Assembly: GCF_030409225.1 (NCBI RefSeq) | Contig: NZ_JAUFPK010000007.1 | Coordinates: 89,169-113,168, forward strand | Source: Aquisalimonas lutea | GTDB taxonomy: Bacteria > Pseudomonadota > Gammaproteobacteria > Nitrococcales > Aquisalimonadaceae | Direction of reading: 5' to 3' | Length of the DNA: 24,000 bases | Part shown: one piece after another, positions 16,281 through 24,000 of the stretch | Numbering within the stretch: position 1 is the stretch's first letter | Layout of the letters: each line of letters opens with the position of its first letter | Notes under the pieces: generated by a model | The model's input: only the letters and a program-made list of their open reading frames with translations | Databases searched by the model: none | What the model was told of the DNA's origin: nothing | Translations under genes and position numbers: made by a program

Positions 16281-17375
16281 CTACAGCGCGGCCCTGGCCT
16301 CGTTCCAGAGTCGCGCGACCAGCGCGCCCGCCGGTTCCGGCGCGGCCATGGCCGCGGACTGCCCCGCCCACGCCTGCATGCGATGGACGTCCTGCGCCGC
16401 GGCCCCGGCCTGCTTCATGGGCCCGGTCAGGGCCCGCTGGACCGGATAGGGCATCGGTTCCGGCGCGCCCGGGGCCGCCATGGCCTGCACGAAATCCGTT
16501 GCAATGGCGCGGCCCGCGCGGCCGGTGAACGCCCGGGTGAGCATTGTCTCCTCGGGTTCCAGGCCCATGAGGGCGTCGGCCCAGCTGGCGTGGGTCTGCG
16601 CCTCCGGGCAGCGCAGGAAGCCCGTTCCCACGATGGCTGCGCTTGCCCCCAGGGTGAGCGCCGCGGCGACACCACGCCCGTCGGCGATACCGCCGGCGGC
16701 GATGACGGGGATGTCCAGGTGGTCGGCAAGGCGCGGCAGCAGGGCGAGCAGGCCCACCGACTGGCGCTCGCCCCGGGCCGGGTTGAAGGAGCCGCGATGG
16801 CCGCCGGCCTCGAACCCCTGGGCGATGACGGCATCGGCCCCGGCATCCCGGGCCTGCTGCGCCTCGCCCAGGGTGGTCGCCGTTGCAAACCAGCGTATGC
16901 CTTCCTGCCGGAAGCGCTGCACGAGCTCCGGCGGGAAAAGCCCCATGATGGACGAGACCACCGTCGGCCGGGCGCGCAGGAATGCCTCGCACTGCGCCTC
17001 GAACTCGGGCAGCGGGGTGTCCGCGGCGGTCTCCGGGACCTCGGGGCCCCAGCCCGCGAGGAAACGGCGCATGCGGGCTTCGGCGTCCGCGTCGCGGCGG
17101 GCCGGCGGGTCCGGGATCCAGACGTTGAGCTGGAGCGGGCCGTCGCTGCCGGCACGGAACGTATCCACCCACTCGCGTATGCCCTCGGGGGGCGTCAGCA
17201 CCGCGCCCATCGCTCCCATGCTTCCGGCATTGGCGACGGCAATCGAGAGACCCACCGGACAGGCGCCGGCCATGGGTGCGAGAAGAACCGGCACGTCCAG
17301 CCCGTAATCGTTGCAGAAGCGCTCGGCGCGCTCGACGGGGCCGGCTGTCCGGATTCCACGCTGCGCTTGATGCAT
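16281..17375 (-). CDS. Nitronate monooxygenase (NMO / 2-nitropropane dioxygenase family, FMN TIM barrel)
   Basis: I moved the start to ATG 17375 (GAGGAA upstream). Motifs: [42 protein letters not shown] and [32 protein letters not shown]. Confidence 0.88.
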   Translation of the reverse strand: MHQAQRGIRTAGPVERAERFCNDYGLDVPVLLAPMAGACPVGLSIAVANAGSMGAMGAVLTPPEGIREWVDTFRAGSDGPLQLNVWIPDPPARRDADAEARMRRFLAGWGPEVPETAADTPLPEFEAQCEAFLRARPTVVSSIMGLFPPELVQRFRQEGIRWFATATTLGEAQQARDAGADAVIAQGFEAGGHRGSFNPARGERQSVGLLALLPRLADHLDIPVIAAGGIADGRGVAAALTLGASAAIVGTGFLRCPEAQTHASWADALMGLEPEETMLTRAFTGRAGRAIATDFVQAMAAPGAPEPMPYPVQRALTGPMKQAGAAAQDVHRMQAWAGQSAAMAAPEPAGALVARLWNEARAAL

Positions 17376-17514
17376 CGGCGGTTCCTCGCGTATTGGGCGG
17401 CGACCGGTGTTCCGGTGCCGGAAGGCTTCGGGGTGTCGTCCGAGCTTACTAAGCTTTCGGCAGGTCAGGCCAGGTCTCCGTGGTTTCCGCGCCGTTGCCG
17501 GCTGCGTTACCCCG

Positions 17515-18903
17515 TTACCCCGGTGCTGTCGCGGCGGCGGCGAACGCAGGCGCCGGTCGCTCGGCGATGGGAAGGTGGAGAAAGCCGGCAACGACGCCGA
17601 ACGCGACCGTCAGCCACCATATGGCGTCGTAGCCTGCGGTCAGCTCGAACACCGCGCCACCGAGCCATATGCCGAGAAAGGATCCGACCTGGTGGCTCAG
17701 GAACACGAGCCCGAACAGGGTCCCCATGAACCGGGTGCCGAACATCAGCGCCACCAGGGCCGACGTGGGCGGTATCGTGGACAGCCAGAGAAGCCCCATG
17801 ACCGTCGCGAAGGGCATCACGGTCCACGGGCTGACGGGAATCACCAGGAACAGCGCGATGGTGAGCGCCCGCCCGAAGTAGATGACGGACAGCAGCCTCC
17901 GGTTGGTGAATCGGGCCGCGAGCAAGCCGGCTGCGTAGGCGCCCAGGACATTGGCGAGGCCGATGGCCCCGATGGCCCAGCCCGCCACCGAGGCGCTGAC
18001 GCCCTGGTCATTCAGGTACGGGGGCAGGTGGATGGTGATGAAGGCGAGCTGGAAGCCGCACACCGAGAACCCGAGCAGCAGGAACAGATAGCTGGGATGC
18101 CGGAGCGCGGAGCCCAGCGTCGCGGCCAGCGACGGCCCGCCCCCTGTGCCGCTGCCGGCGGAGGCGGCAGGGGAGCCTCGCAGGCCGGTGGCGAGCAGGG
18201 GAACCAGCAATACGAACCCCGCGAGAACAAGGGCGGCCTGCTGCCAGCCGTATCCGCCGATGAAGGCCTGGCCCAAGGGGGCAAAGACGAACTGGCCGAG
18301 CGACCCCGCCGCCGTGCCCACGCCCAGCGCCCAGGCGCGCCGTGACTCCGGCACGAGCCGCCCGAGCGCGCCCAGTACCGTGATGTAGGACGCCCCGCCC
18401 ATGCCGAGGCCGACCAGGACGCCGGCGCTCAGGTGCAGCTCCAGCGGCGTCGTACCCACCGCCATCAGGACGATCCCGAGGGCGTAGACGAGTCCCCCGG
18501 CGGCAAGAACCCGTACGGGACCGAAGCGGTCGACGAGCGCGCCGGCGAACGGCTGGGTCAGGCCCCAGACGAGGTTCTGCAGGGCGATCGCCAGCGCGAA
18601 GACGTCCCGTGACCAGGCGTGCGTCGCCACCACCGGGTCCGTGAACAGGCCGAAGATGGAGCGTACCCCGAACGTGATCAGCGAGATCCCGCAGGCGCAG
18701 CCGACGAGCACGAGCAGGGACAGCGGCAGGGAGCTGCCGGCCGGGATTTCGGGGGTTCGTGTGCGGGCTGTCGGCAAGGCGGCGATCTCCGGAGTGGATG
18801 GATCAATTCCACTCGCGGCCGCCCGCCGGGGCAAACGCGTTCTGGTCACTGTCGGGTGAAGGCCGTTCACTCGACGGGCGGGAGAGAGGCGATATCCACC
18901 CAC
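17515..18903 (-). CDS. MFS transporter
   Basis: About 12 hydrophobic segments. MFS-like loop [13 protein letters not shown]. The start is uncertain: the track start 18903 is a GTG. An in-frame TTG at 18777 has GGAGA 8 nt upstream and would leave a more typical short N-terminus (..[25 protein letters not shown]). Confidence 0.8.
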   Translation of the reverse strand: MGGYRLSPARRVNGLHPTVTRTRLPRRAAASGIDPSTPEIAALPTARTRTPEIPAGSSLPLSLLVLVGCACGISLITFGVRSIFGLFTDPVVATHAWSRDVFALAIALQNLVWGLTQPFAGALVDRFGPVRVLAAGGLVYALGIVLMAVGTTPLELHLSAGVLVGLGMGGASYITVLGALGRLVPESRRAWALGVGTAAGSLGQFVFAPLGQAFIGGYGWQQAALVLAGFVLLVPLLATGLRGSPAASAGSGTGGGPSLAATLGSALRHPSYLFLLLGFSVCGFQLAFITIHLPPYLNDQGVSASVAGWAIGAIGLANVLGAYAAGLLAARFTNRRLLSVIYFGRALTIALFLVIPVSPWTVMPFATVMGLLWLSTIPPTSALVALMFGTRFMGTLFGLVFLSHQVGSFLGIWLGGAVFELTAGYDAIWWLTVAFGVVAGFLHLPIAERPAPAFAAAATAPG

Positions 18904-18925
18904 GGCCGGGGCGGGGTCGGGAGCG

Positions 18926-19795
18926 CTATTGCACCATGGCCAGCGCCCAGCGCCGGAACGCGGCGATGAGGGGCTCGCGGCTGCGGTGTTCCAGCGCGAC
19001 CAGCCAGTAGCCGGAGTCGGTCTCCACCTCCTCCGGCCAGGGGGCCACCAGCGAGCCGTTGTCCAGCTCGACGTCGACCAGGGGGCGTCGCCCGACCGCC
19101 AGCCCCAGTCCGTTCGCCGCGGCCGCGTAGGCGAGCTGCAGGGTGTCGAAGCCGAGGCCGCGACCGGGGTCCGGAACCGGGCGGCCGGTCCGCTCGCACC
19201 ACCGGTTCCAGTCCTCGCTCGCCGTGCGCACGTGGATGCAGGCTACGGATTGCGGCGATGCGCGGACCTGCTCGACGAGCTCCGGCGCGCACACCGGCAG
19301 CAGGCGCTCGGTGAACAGCCGGTCGGCCGCGAGGCCGGGCCACGGACCGTGACCCATGCGGAGGGCGACATCCGCGGCGCCGTGCTGCAGCGATACCTGC
19401 TCCTGCAGGGTATCGACCAGGACCGTGACATCCGGGTGGCGTGCGCGAAAATCCGCGAGCCTCGGCAGCAGCCAGCGCGCCGCCATCATGGGCGCGGAGC
19501 TCACGGCGAGCCGCTGATCCCTGGGAGCGCCCAGCAGCTGCTCGGTCCCCCGGTGCAGAAGGGACAGGGATTCGCGGACCGTGAGCGCATACCGGGCGCC
19601 TGCATCGGAGAGCTCGAGTCCCCGCCGGGAGCGGATGAACAGCTGGATGCCGAGCCAGTCCTCCAGGGTCTGTATGCCGTGGCTCACCGCGCTGGGCGTC
19701 AGCGACAGCTCCCCGGCGGCGGCCTTGAAGCTGCCGAGACGGGCCGCCGCCTCGAACAGCCTCAGCGTGTTCAGTGGTGGTAATCGTTGGCGCAC
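18926..19795 (-). CDS. LysR-family transcriptional regulator
   Basis: 289 aa with a GTG start at 19795 (GAGGAC 5 nt upstream). wHTH: LNTLRLFEAAARLGSFKAAAGELSLTPSAVSHGIQTLEDWLGIQLF. Confidence 0.9.
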   Translation of the reverse strand: MRQRLPPLNTLRLFEAAARLGSFKAAAGELSLTPSAVSHGIQTLEDWLGIQLFIRSRRGLELSDAGARYALTVRESLSLLHRGTEQLLGAPRDQRLAVSSAPMMAARWLLPRLADFRARHPDVTVLVDTLQEQVSLQHGAADVALRMGHGPWPGLAADRLFTERLLPVCAPELVEQVRASPQSVACIHVRTASEDWNRWCERTGRPVPDPGRGLGFDTLQLAYAAAANGLGLAVGRRPLVDVELDNGSLVAPWPEEVETDSGYWLVALEHRSREPLIAAFRRWALAMVQ

Positions 19796-19895
19796 GCGCG
19801 TCCTCGAGTTCGGTGCCTGCGGTCCAGAATAACCCGTTTGCGTGACCGTCGTTCATGCCTGCATCCGGCAGCGGTGCGCTGGCATCCCGCCGGAT

Positions 19896-20453
19896 CTACG
19901 CCGGTTCCCCTTCGCTGTGAGCGGCGGCTTGCTCGGTGGCGTCGCCTGCATATGCCGCCGCGGGTGCAGGGTCGCCCCTGACCAGCTCGATGGCGGGCTC
20001 GCAGTGCACCGGGAATCGGACCGGGCGTGCAACGGAGCACAGTGCACGGGCCCTCCGATGGAGCGCGTGCACCTGCGCGAGCCTGGTTGCCGCCGGCACG
20101 GAGACCGTCGGGCGCAGTGTCACCTCGGAGAAATAGCCGGCGCCGCCCGGCGGGGTGACCAGGGTGCCGCTGGCCCGGTCGGTGTACGCCTGAACGATGA
20201 CGTGCTCACGGGCCGCCAGGTGGAGGTACCAGAGCATGTGGCACGCGGACAGGGCGGCGATGAGGAGCTCCTCGGGTGTGGATCGTCCGGCGCCGCCCGG
20301 GAATGCGGGGTCCGCGGAGCCGGGCAGGGGCGGCTTGCCCTCCACCAGCAGCGCATGGTTGCCGCTGCAGGCCTTCGGGCCGCTCGTCCCTGTCCCGGCG
20401 TTGCCCGTCCAGGCCGTGTTGACCTGATAGTGGTGGATCAGATGGCGCCTCAT
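19896..20453 (-). CDS. osmC: OsmC/Ohr-family peroxiredoxin-like protein
   Basis: I moved the start to ATG 20453 (GGGAGG 7 nt upstream). MRRHLIHHYQVNTAWTGNAGTGTSG.. is a typical OsmC N-terminus. The two conserved Cys contexts are present: LIAALSACHMLWYL and ALCSVARPV. Confidence 0.8.
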   Translation of the reverse strand: MRRHLIHHYQVNTAWTGNAGTGTSGPKACSGNHALLVEGKPPLPGSADPAFPGGAGRSTPEELLIAALSACHMLWYLHLAAREHVIVQAYTDRASGTLVTPPGGAGYFSEVTLRPTVSVPAATRLAQVHALHRRARALCSVARPVRFPVHCEPAIELVRGDPAPAAAYAGDATEQAAAHSEGEPA

Positions 20454-20529
20454 TTCCGGGCCTCCCGTGGCGATGAACAGCAGCGTCAACTGTTCTCCAC
20501 ACGGCAGCGGCGGGCAAGCGAGCGCTGCT

Positions 20530-20562
20530 CCCCGGCAGGTGAGCAACGCTCACCTGCCGGGG
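20530..20562. promoter_or_regulatory. Perfect 15-bp-arm palindrome centred in the osmC / isomerase divergent intergenic region (operator or 5'-UTR hairpin)
   Basis: CCCCGGCAGGTGAGC-AAC-GCTCACCTGCCGGGG. It lies 76 nt from the osmC ATG and 80 nt from the isomerase ATG. A -35-like TTGCCT sits 2 nt downstream on the plus side. Confidence 0.55.
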
Positions 20563-20642
20563 TCTTGCCTTCCCGGGCACCCCGGGCGGATGATCGGGTC
20601 TGTCTTCCGAACGGTCCCGGGCGGGGACGAGCGAGGCCGCGC

Positions 20643-21287
20643 ATGATCGAGTTCTGGTTCGATTTTGCCAGCACCTATTCCTATCCCGCTGCCATGCGCA
20701 TCGACAGCGCCGCCCGGCGGTTGGGGTGCCCCGTGGCGTGGCGCCCGTTCCTGCTCGGCCCGATCTTTCGCCAGCAGGGGTGGAACGACTCGCCGTTCAA
20801 CCTGTACCCGGCCAAGGGGCGGTACATGTGGCGGGATCTCGAGCGCATCTGCGCCCGTGCGCAGCTGGCGTTCCGGAAGCCGTCGCAGTTCCCGCGCAAC
20901 GGCCTGCTCGCCGCGCGGGTCGTGTGTACCGAGCCCGACGCCTCCTGGGTGCCGGAGTTCGTGCGCCGGGTCTTTACCGCGGGCTTCGCCGCGGATGCGG
21001 ATATCGCGGATGCGGGCGTGCTGCGCGATTGCCTGGATGGGCTTGTGGCCGCCCCCGCCGGAACGCTGGCGGCCACGCAGGACGACGACGTGAAGTCCCG
21101 CCTGCGCATGAATACGGAGCATGCCGTCGCCCGCGGGATCTTCGGGGCGCCGACGTTCGTGGTCGGCGACGAGCTGTTCTGGGGCCATGACCGGCTCGAC
21201 GAGGCGCTGCAGTGGTGGCGGGACGCTCATGCCGAGGCGGCGGCAAGTGCGGCGGATCCCGGGCGCGGTGACAGCGGTACGTCGTGA
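20643..21287 (+). CDS. 2-hydroxychromene-2-carboxylate isomerase family protein (DsbA-like / kappa-GST fold)
   Basis: I moved the start to ATG 20643 (MIEFWFDFASTYSYPA..) within the track's 19842 ORF. FWFDFASTYSY, the N-terminal motif of the family, and GIFGAPTFVVGDELFWGHDRL at the C-terminus are characteristic. Confidence 0.82.
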   Translation: MIEFWFDFASTYSYPAAMRIDSAARRLGCPVAWRPFLLGPIFRQQGWNDSPFNLYPAKGRYMWRDLERICARAQLAFRKPSQFPRNGLLAARVVCTEPDASWVPEFVRRVFTAGFAADADIADAGVLRDCLDGLVAAPAGTLAATQDDDVKSRLRMNTEHAVARGIFGAPTFVVGDELFWGHDRLDEALQWWRDAHAEAAASAADPGRGDSGTS

Positions 21288-21330
21288 CCGGCAGGCTGTC
21301 CGGGCACGCGGGCCGCCGTTAGCGGACGGC

Positions 21331-23640
21331 TCAGCGCGCAGGGGGCCTGCGCCCCAGGAGCTTCTCGACGTCGTCCGGCGGGATTGCCGGGCTCATCCAG
21401 AAGCCCTGTCCCCAGCCGCCACCGGTCGAGGAGTCCATCAGCAACCGGCGCTGGTCGTCCGTCTCGATGCCTTCGGCAATGGTGTGGAGCTCCATGCGGG
21501 CGGCCATCTGCTGGATGAGCGCGACCAGCACGGCGCCCTTGCTGCCCGTCTGGCCCAGCTCGCGGACGAAGCTGCGGTCGATCTTTAGCGTCTGGATGGG
21601 CAGGTGCTGCAGGCGGCTCAACGAGGAATAGCCGGTACCGAAATCGTCGATGGCGATCTGGAAGCCCTGGTCGTGGAGATCCGCCAGCAGCTTCTCGACC
21701 GCGGCCGGATCGGCCATGAGGGCGTTCTCCGTGACTTCCAGGTGCATCCGGCAGGGATCGATATGGGGGCGCACCAGGGCGGCGAATCGCTCGGCGTCGA
21801 CTCCGGTGGACAGCTGCTTCATGCTGAGGTTGACCGCCATGTCCAGAGGCACGCCGCGCTCGTGCCAGGCGCCCATTTGGCGCGCGGCGGTCTCCAGCAC
21901 CCAGTCGCTCAGGGGATGGATCAGCCCCGTCTCCTCGACCACGGGCATGAATGCGCCGGGCATGAGCACCTCGCCGTCGCCCTGGGGCCAGCGGATCAGG
22001 GCCTCGACGGCCCGGATGCGGCAGGAGTCGAGCTCGAAGATCGGCTGGTAGTGCAGCGTGAACTCCTCGCCCTCCAGTGCCTGGCGCAGCCGGGCTTCCA
22101 TGGAGAAGCGCTGCTGCCGGCTCGCCGAGAGCGCCTCCGAGAACACGTGGCTGGCCGTGCCGCCGCGTTTTTTCGCCTCGTACATGGCCTTGTCGGCCTT
22201 CTCGATCAGCATGGCGGCGTCGCGGCCGTGCTCGGGGAACAGGCTGATGCCCACGCTGGCCTTGACGGTGTGCTTGTAGCCGCCTGCGGTCAGGGGCTCG
22301 CTCAGGTGCGCGATGATGCGCTCGGCCAGGGCCCGGGCAATGGCGACGATGTCGCTTGCGTCGTGCGCCGCGCCGTCGCGGGGGGCGTCGACGATGACCA
22401 CCAGGAACTCGTCGCCGCCCTGGCGCGCGACCAGGTCCGAGTCGCGCACCGCCGCCTGCAGGCGGTGCGCGGCCTGGCGCAGGACCTGGTCGCCGACCTC
22501 GTGACCCAGGGCATCATTGATCAGCTTGAAGCCGTCCAGGTCGATGAACAGCAGCGCACCGGCGACGTCGGGCGCGTCGTCCCCCCGCAGCACGCTGTCC
22601 AGGTAGTCGACGAGATGCCGGCGGTTGGGCAGCTCCGTGAGCGCATCGGTATAGGCCAGGTACTGGATCTCGGCGGCCTGCTGCTCGCGTTCGCGCTGGA
22701 TGCGCAACGCGTTGAGCCCGAACACCAGGTTGTCGGCAAGGCGCTCCAGCAGCTGGCGCTCTTCCCGGCCGAAATGCCCCGGCGTATCGGCCCAGATGGT
22801 CAGGCAGCCCCGGGGTACGGTATCCGTTCGCAGGGGCAGCGTGATCACCGTTGCCAGCCGGTGTGCCAGGGCCCGTTCGCGGATGTAGCGCGAGGTGATC
22901 TCGTTGGCCACGTCGCCGACGATCTGTGTCTGCCCCGTGCGAACCGCCCGGTGGAGCGTATCGGCCTGTACTAGGCCGTTGTCCCAGGCCCATCGCAGGT
23001 CCTTGATGAACTCCCGGGAGGGGCCGGCCGAGGCGCAGATCTCCACGGAGTCGCTGCCGTCGAGCGTCTCGAAGCCGACCAGCGCCAGGCTGTAGCCCTC
23101 CTCGTCGATGATGGTCCGGCACAGGGCACCGAGCAGCTCTTCCTCGGTCTTCGAGCGCACCACGACGTTGTCGCAGGCATTCAGGGTGCGCAGGGCGCTG
23201 ACGACGCCCTCGAGCTGCTGGCGGACGTTGTCCTGCGCTCGCGACAGGGTGCGCAGCCGCAGGAGGTTGTTGATCCGTGCCTGCAGCTCGGCCTGACTGG
23301 TGGGAATGCGCAGGATGTCATCGACGCTGTGGCCCAGCTCGGCCGTGATGCGGGAGTGGGGCCGGGTGTGCCGGTCCACTACCAGCAGTACCGGCAGAAC
23401 CATCGGGTCGGCCCGCCGGCGGAGCTCCAGGAGCAGATCGTAGTTCCGGCGCAGTGACGCGATATCGACGACGACCAGGTCCACGTCGTCGTGGAGGTCG
23501 TGGTTGCCGTCATCGGTGATGTGATGACAGACCCGGAAGCGCTCCCCCAGAAGGTGCTCGAGGACCTCGCTGTTGGCCGTGTTCGCCAGGGCTGCGGCAA
23601 TCCCCGGTGGCTGCTCTGCGGCCAGCTCGCCTGCCGTCAT
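21331..23640 (-). CDS. Receiver-like domain / GAF / GGDEF / EAL multidomain c-di-GMP turnover protein
   Basis: I moved the start to ATG 23640 (769 aa), which overlaps the upstream gene's TGA. Residues about 12-128 are CheY-like but degenerate, and residues about 160-310 are GAF. The GGDEF domain has RDSD-x5-GGDEF at residues 399-412. The EAL domain has EAL, NLS, EVTE, DDFGTGYSSL, KIDRSF, AEGIET and GQGFW. Confidence 0.9.
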   Translation of the reverse strand: MTAGELAAEQPPGIAAALANTANSEVLEHLLGERFRVCHHITDDGNHDLHDDVDLVVVDIASLRRNYDLLLELRRRADPMVLPVLLVVDRHTRPHSRITAELGHSVDDILRIPTSQAELQARINNLLRLRTLSRAQDNVRQQLEGVVSALRTLNACDNVVVRSKTEEELLGALCRTIIDEEGYSLALVGFETLDGSDSVEICASAGPSREFIKDLRWAWDNGLVQADTLHRAVRTGQTQIVGDVANEITSRYIRERALAHRLATVITLPLRTDTVPRGCLTIWADTPGHFGREERQLLERLADNLVFGLNALRIQREREQQAAEIQYLAYTDALTELPNRRHLVDYLDSVLRGDDAPDVAGALLFIDLDGFKLINDALGHEVGDQVLRQAAHRLQAAVRDSDLVARQGGDEFLVVIVDAPRDGAAHDASDIVAIARALAERIIAHLSEPLTAGGYKHTVKASVGISLFPEHGRDAAMLIEKADKAMYEAKKRGGTASHVFSEALSASRQQRFSMEARLRQALEGEEFTLHYQPIFELDSCRIRAVEALIRWPQGDGEVLMPGAFMPVVEETGLIHPLSDWVLETAARQMGAWHERGVPLDMAVNLSMKQLSTGVDAERFAALVRPHIDPCRMHLEVTENALMADPAAVEKLLADLHDQGFQIAIDDFGTGYSSLSRLQHLPIQTLKIDRSFVRELGQTGSKGAVLVALIQQMAARMELHTIAEGIETDDQRRLLMDSSTGGGWGQGFWMSPAIPPDDVEKLLGRRPPAR

Positions 23641-24000
23641 GGAGTATCCCGAGAGGGCGTGGACACGATCTCGGGGATGCCGCTCAGAATGCCGCGCAGC
23701 CCGCGCAGCGGCGCACCGATCCTGATTCCTTCCTGGGTGATCTCGAACTCGCGCAGCCCCTTCTCGAAGCCGCCGGCACGCTTCTTGAGCACGCCGACCG
23801 TCTTGCGGAGCTCGCCGTCGAGCTCGATGTAGCGCAGCATGATGATGTTGTCGGCGATGTAGCTCAGCCCGTGTTCCGTCACCCGCGTCTGCTCGCCGGT
23901 GATGGAGAAGACCTCGTTGACCAGCAGCACGGTGACGCCCATGTTCACCAGGTAGCGGCACAGGGCGTGAACACGCTGCTGCAGCTCGTCGCCGCGCACC
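23637..24000 (-). CDS. KaiC-like RecA-superfamily ATPase, C-terminal part only (5' end outside the window)
   Basis: The frame is open to the window edge. ..GVTVLLVNEVFS..GLSYIADNIIMLRYIELDGELRKTVGVLKKRAGGFEKGLREFEITQEGIRIG.. parallels the KaiC C-terminal region as I remember it (..TDTIILLQYVEIRGEMSRAINVFKMRGSWHDKAIREF..). The stop TGA is at 23637-23639. Confidence 0.7.
   Translation of the reverse strand, partial: VRGDELQQRVHALCRYLVNMGVTVLLVNEVFSITGEQTRVTEHGLSYIADNIIMLRYIELDGELRKTVGVLKKRAGGFEKGLREFEITQEGIRIGAPLRGLRGILSGIPEIVSTPSRDTP

Noticed and set aside
17506-17521. Tandem 8-bp repeat GTTACCCC GTTACCCC at the 3' end of the MFS gene
   Set aside because: It has only two short units spanning the stop codon and is most simply a chance duplication. 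There is no array and no symmetry.
15742-17729. ORFs 15742-17172 minus and 16383-17729 plus, overlapping the DUF4168 and NMO genes
   Set aside because: They are shadow frames of well-supported genes and show no motifs.
21604-22974. 456-aa plus-strand ORF antisense to the GGDEF/EAL gene
   Set aside because: It is antisense to a gene with intact GAF/GGDEF/EAL motifs, and it has a low-complexity Gly/Ala/Val/Asp-rich translation.
1-24000. Search for CRISPR arrays, tRNA/rRNA genes, IS elements, integrases, toxin-antitoxin pairs or known defence-system genes
   Set aside because: I found no regularly spaced direct repeats, no cloverleaf-compatible intergenic segment, and no transposase, integrase or nuclease-like ORFs. 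The intergenic spaces are short and are accounted for by promoters, riboswitches and hairpins.

Overview
This is a very GC-rich, gene-dense bacterial chromosomal window. The proteins look proteobacterial, but I did not identify the organism. I support 20 protein-coding genes, two cobalamin riboswitches, several promoter/operator candidates and one large palindromic repeat element. I saw no tRNA/rRNA, CRISPR array, transposase or integrase. Layout: (1) 1-411 is the tail of a PEP-hydrolase-like TIM-barrel gene. (2) 411-672 is a 262-bp nested-palindrome element. (3) 681-7387 is a minus-strand cobalt-chelation operon (ChlD-type ATPase/vWA -> cobW -> cobN), preceded by a B12 riboswitch (7536-7721) and a good sigma70-type promoter. 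(4) Back-to-back with it, a second B12 riboswitch (7815-8001, plus strand) sits in front of a HupE/UreJ metal permease. (5) 8.9-16.2 kb is a mosaic of regulator/transporter units: LysR + DUF318/ArsP-type permease, TetR + EmrE-like SMR pump, TrkH, EamA + LysR, and a DUF4168 secreted protein. (6) 16.3-21.3 kb holds osmC - lysR - MFS - nitronate monooxygenase on the minus strand and a divergent HCCA-isomerase/DsbA-like gene. (7) 21.3-24.0 kb holds a receiver-like/GAF/GGDEF/EAL protein whose ATG overlaps the stop codon of a KaiC-like ATPase gene cut by the window edge. Most of the window is ordinary housekeeping or accessory transport. Four things are the best candidates for something not yet described: the KaiC-like ATPase coupled to a degenerate-receiver c-di-GMP enzyme, the nested palindromic element, a riboswitch-proximal upstream ORF coupled to the chelatase gene, and a 33-bp palindrome almost exactly centred between osmC and the isomerase gene. 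All family assignments come from reading the translated ORFs and the DNA by eye; no database search or folding computation was possible.
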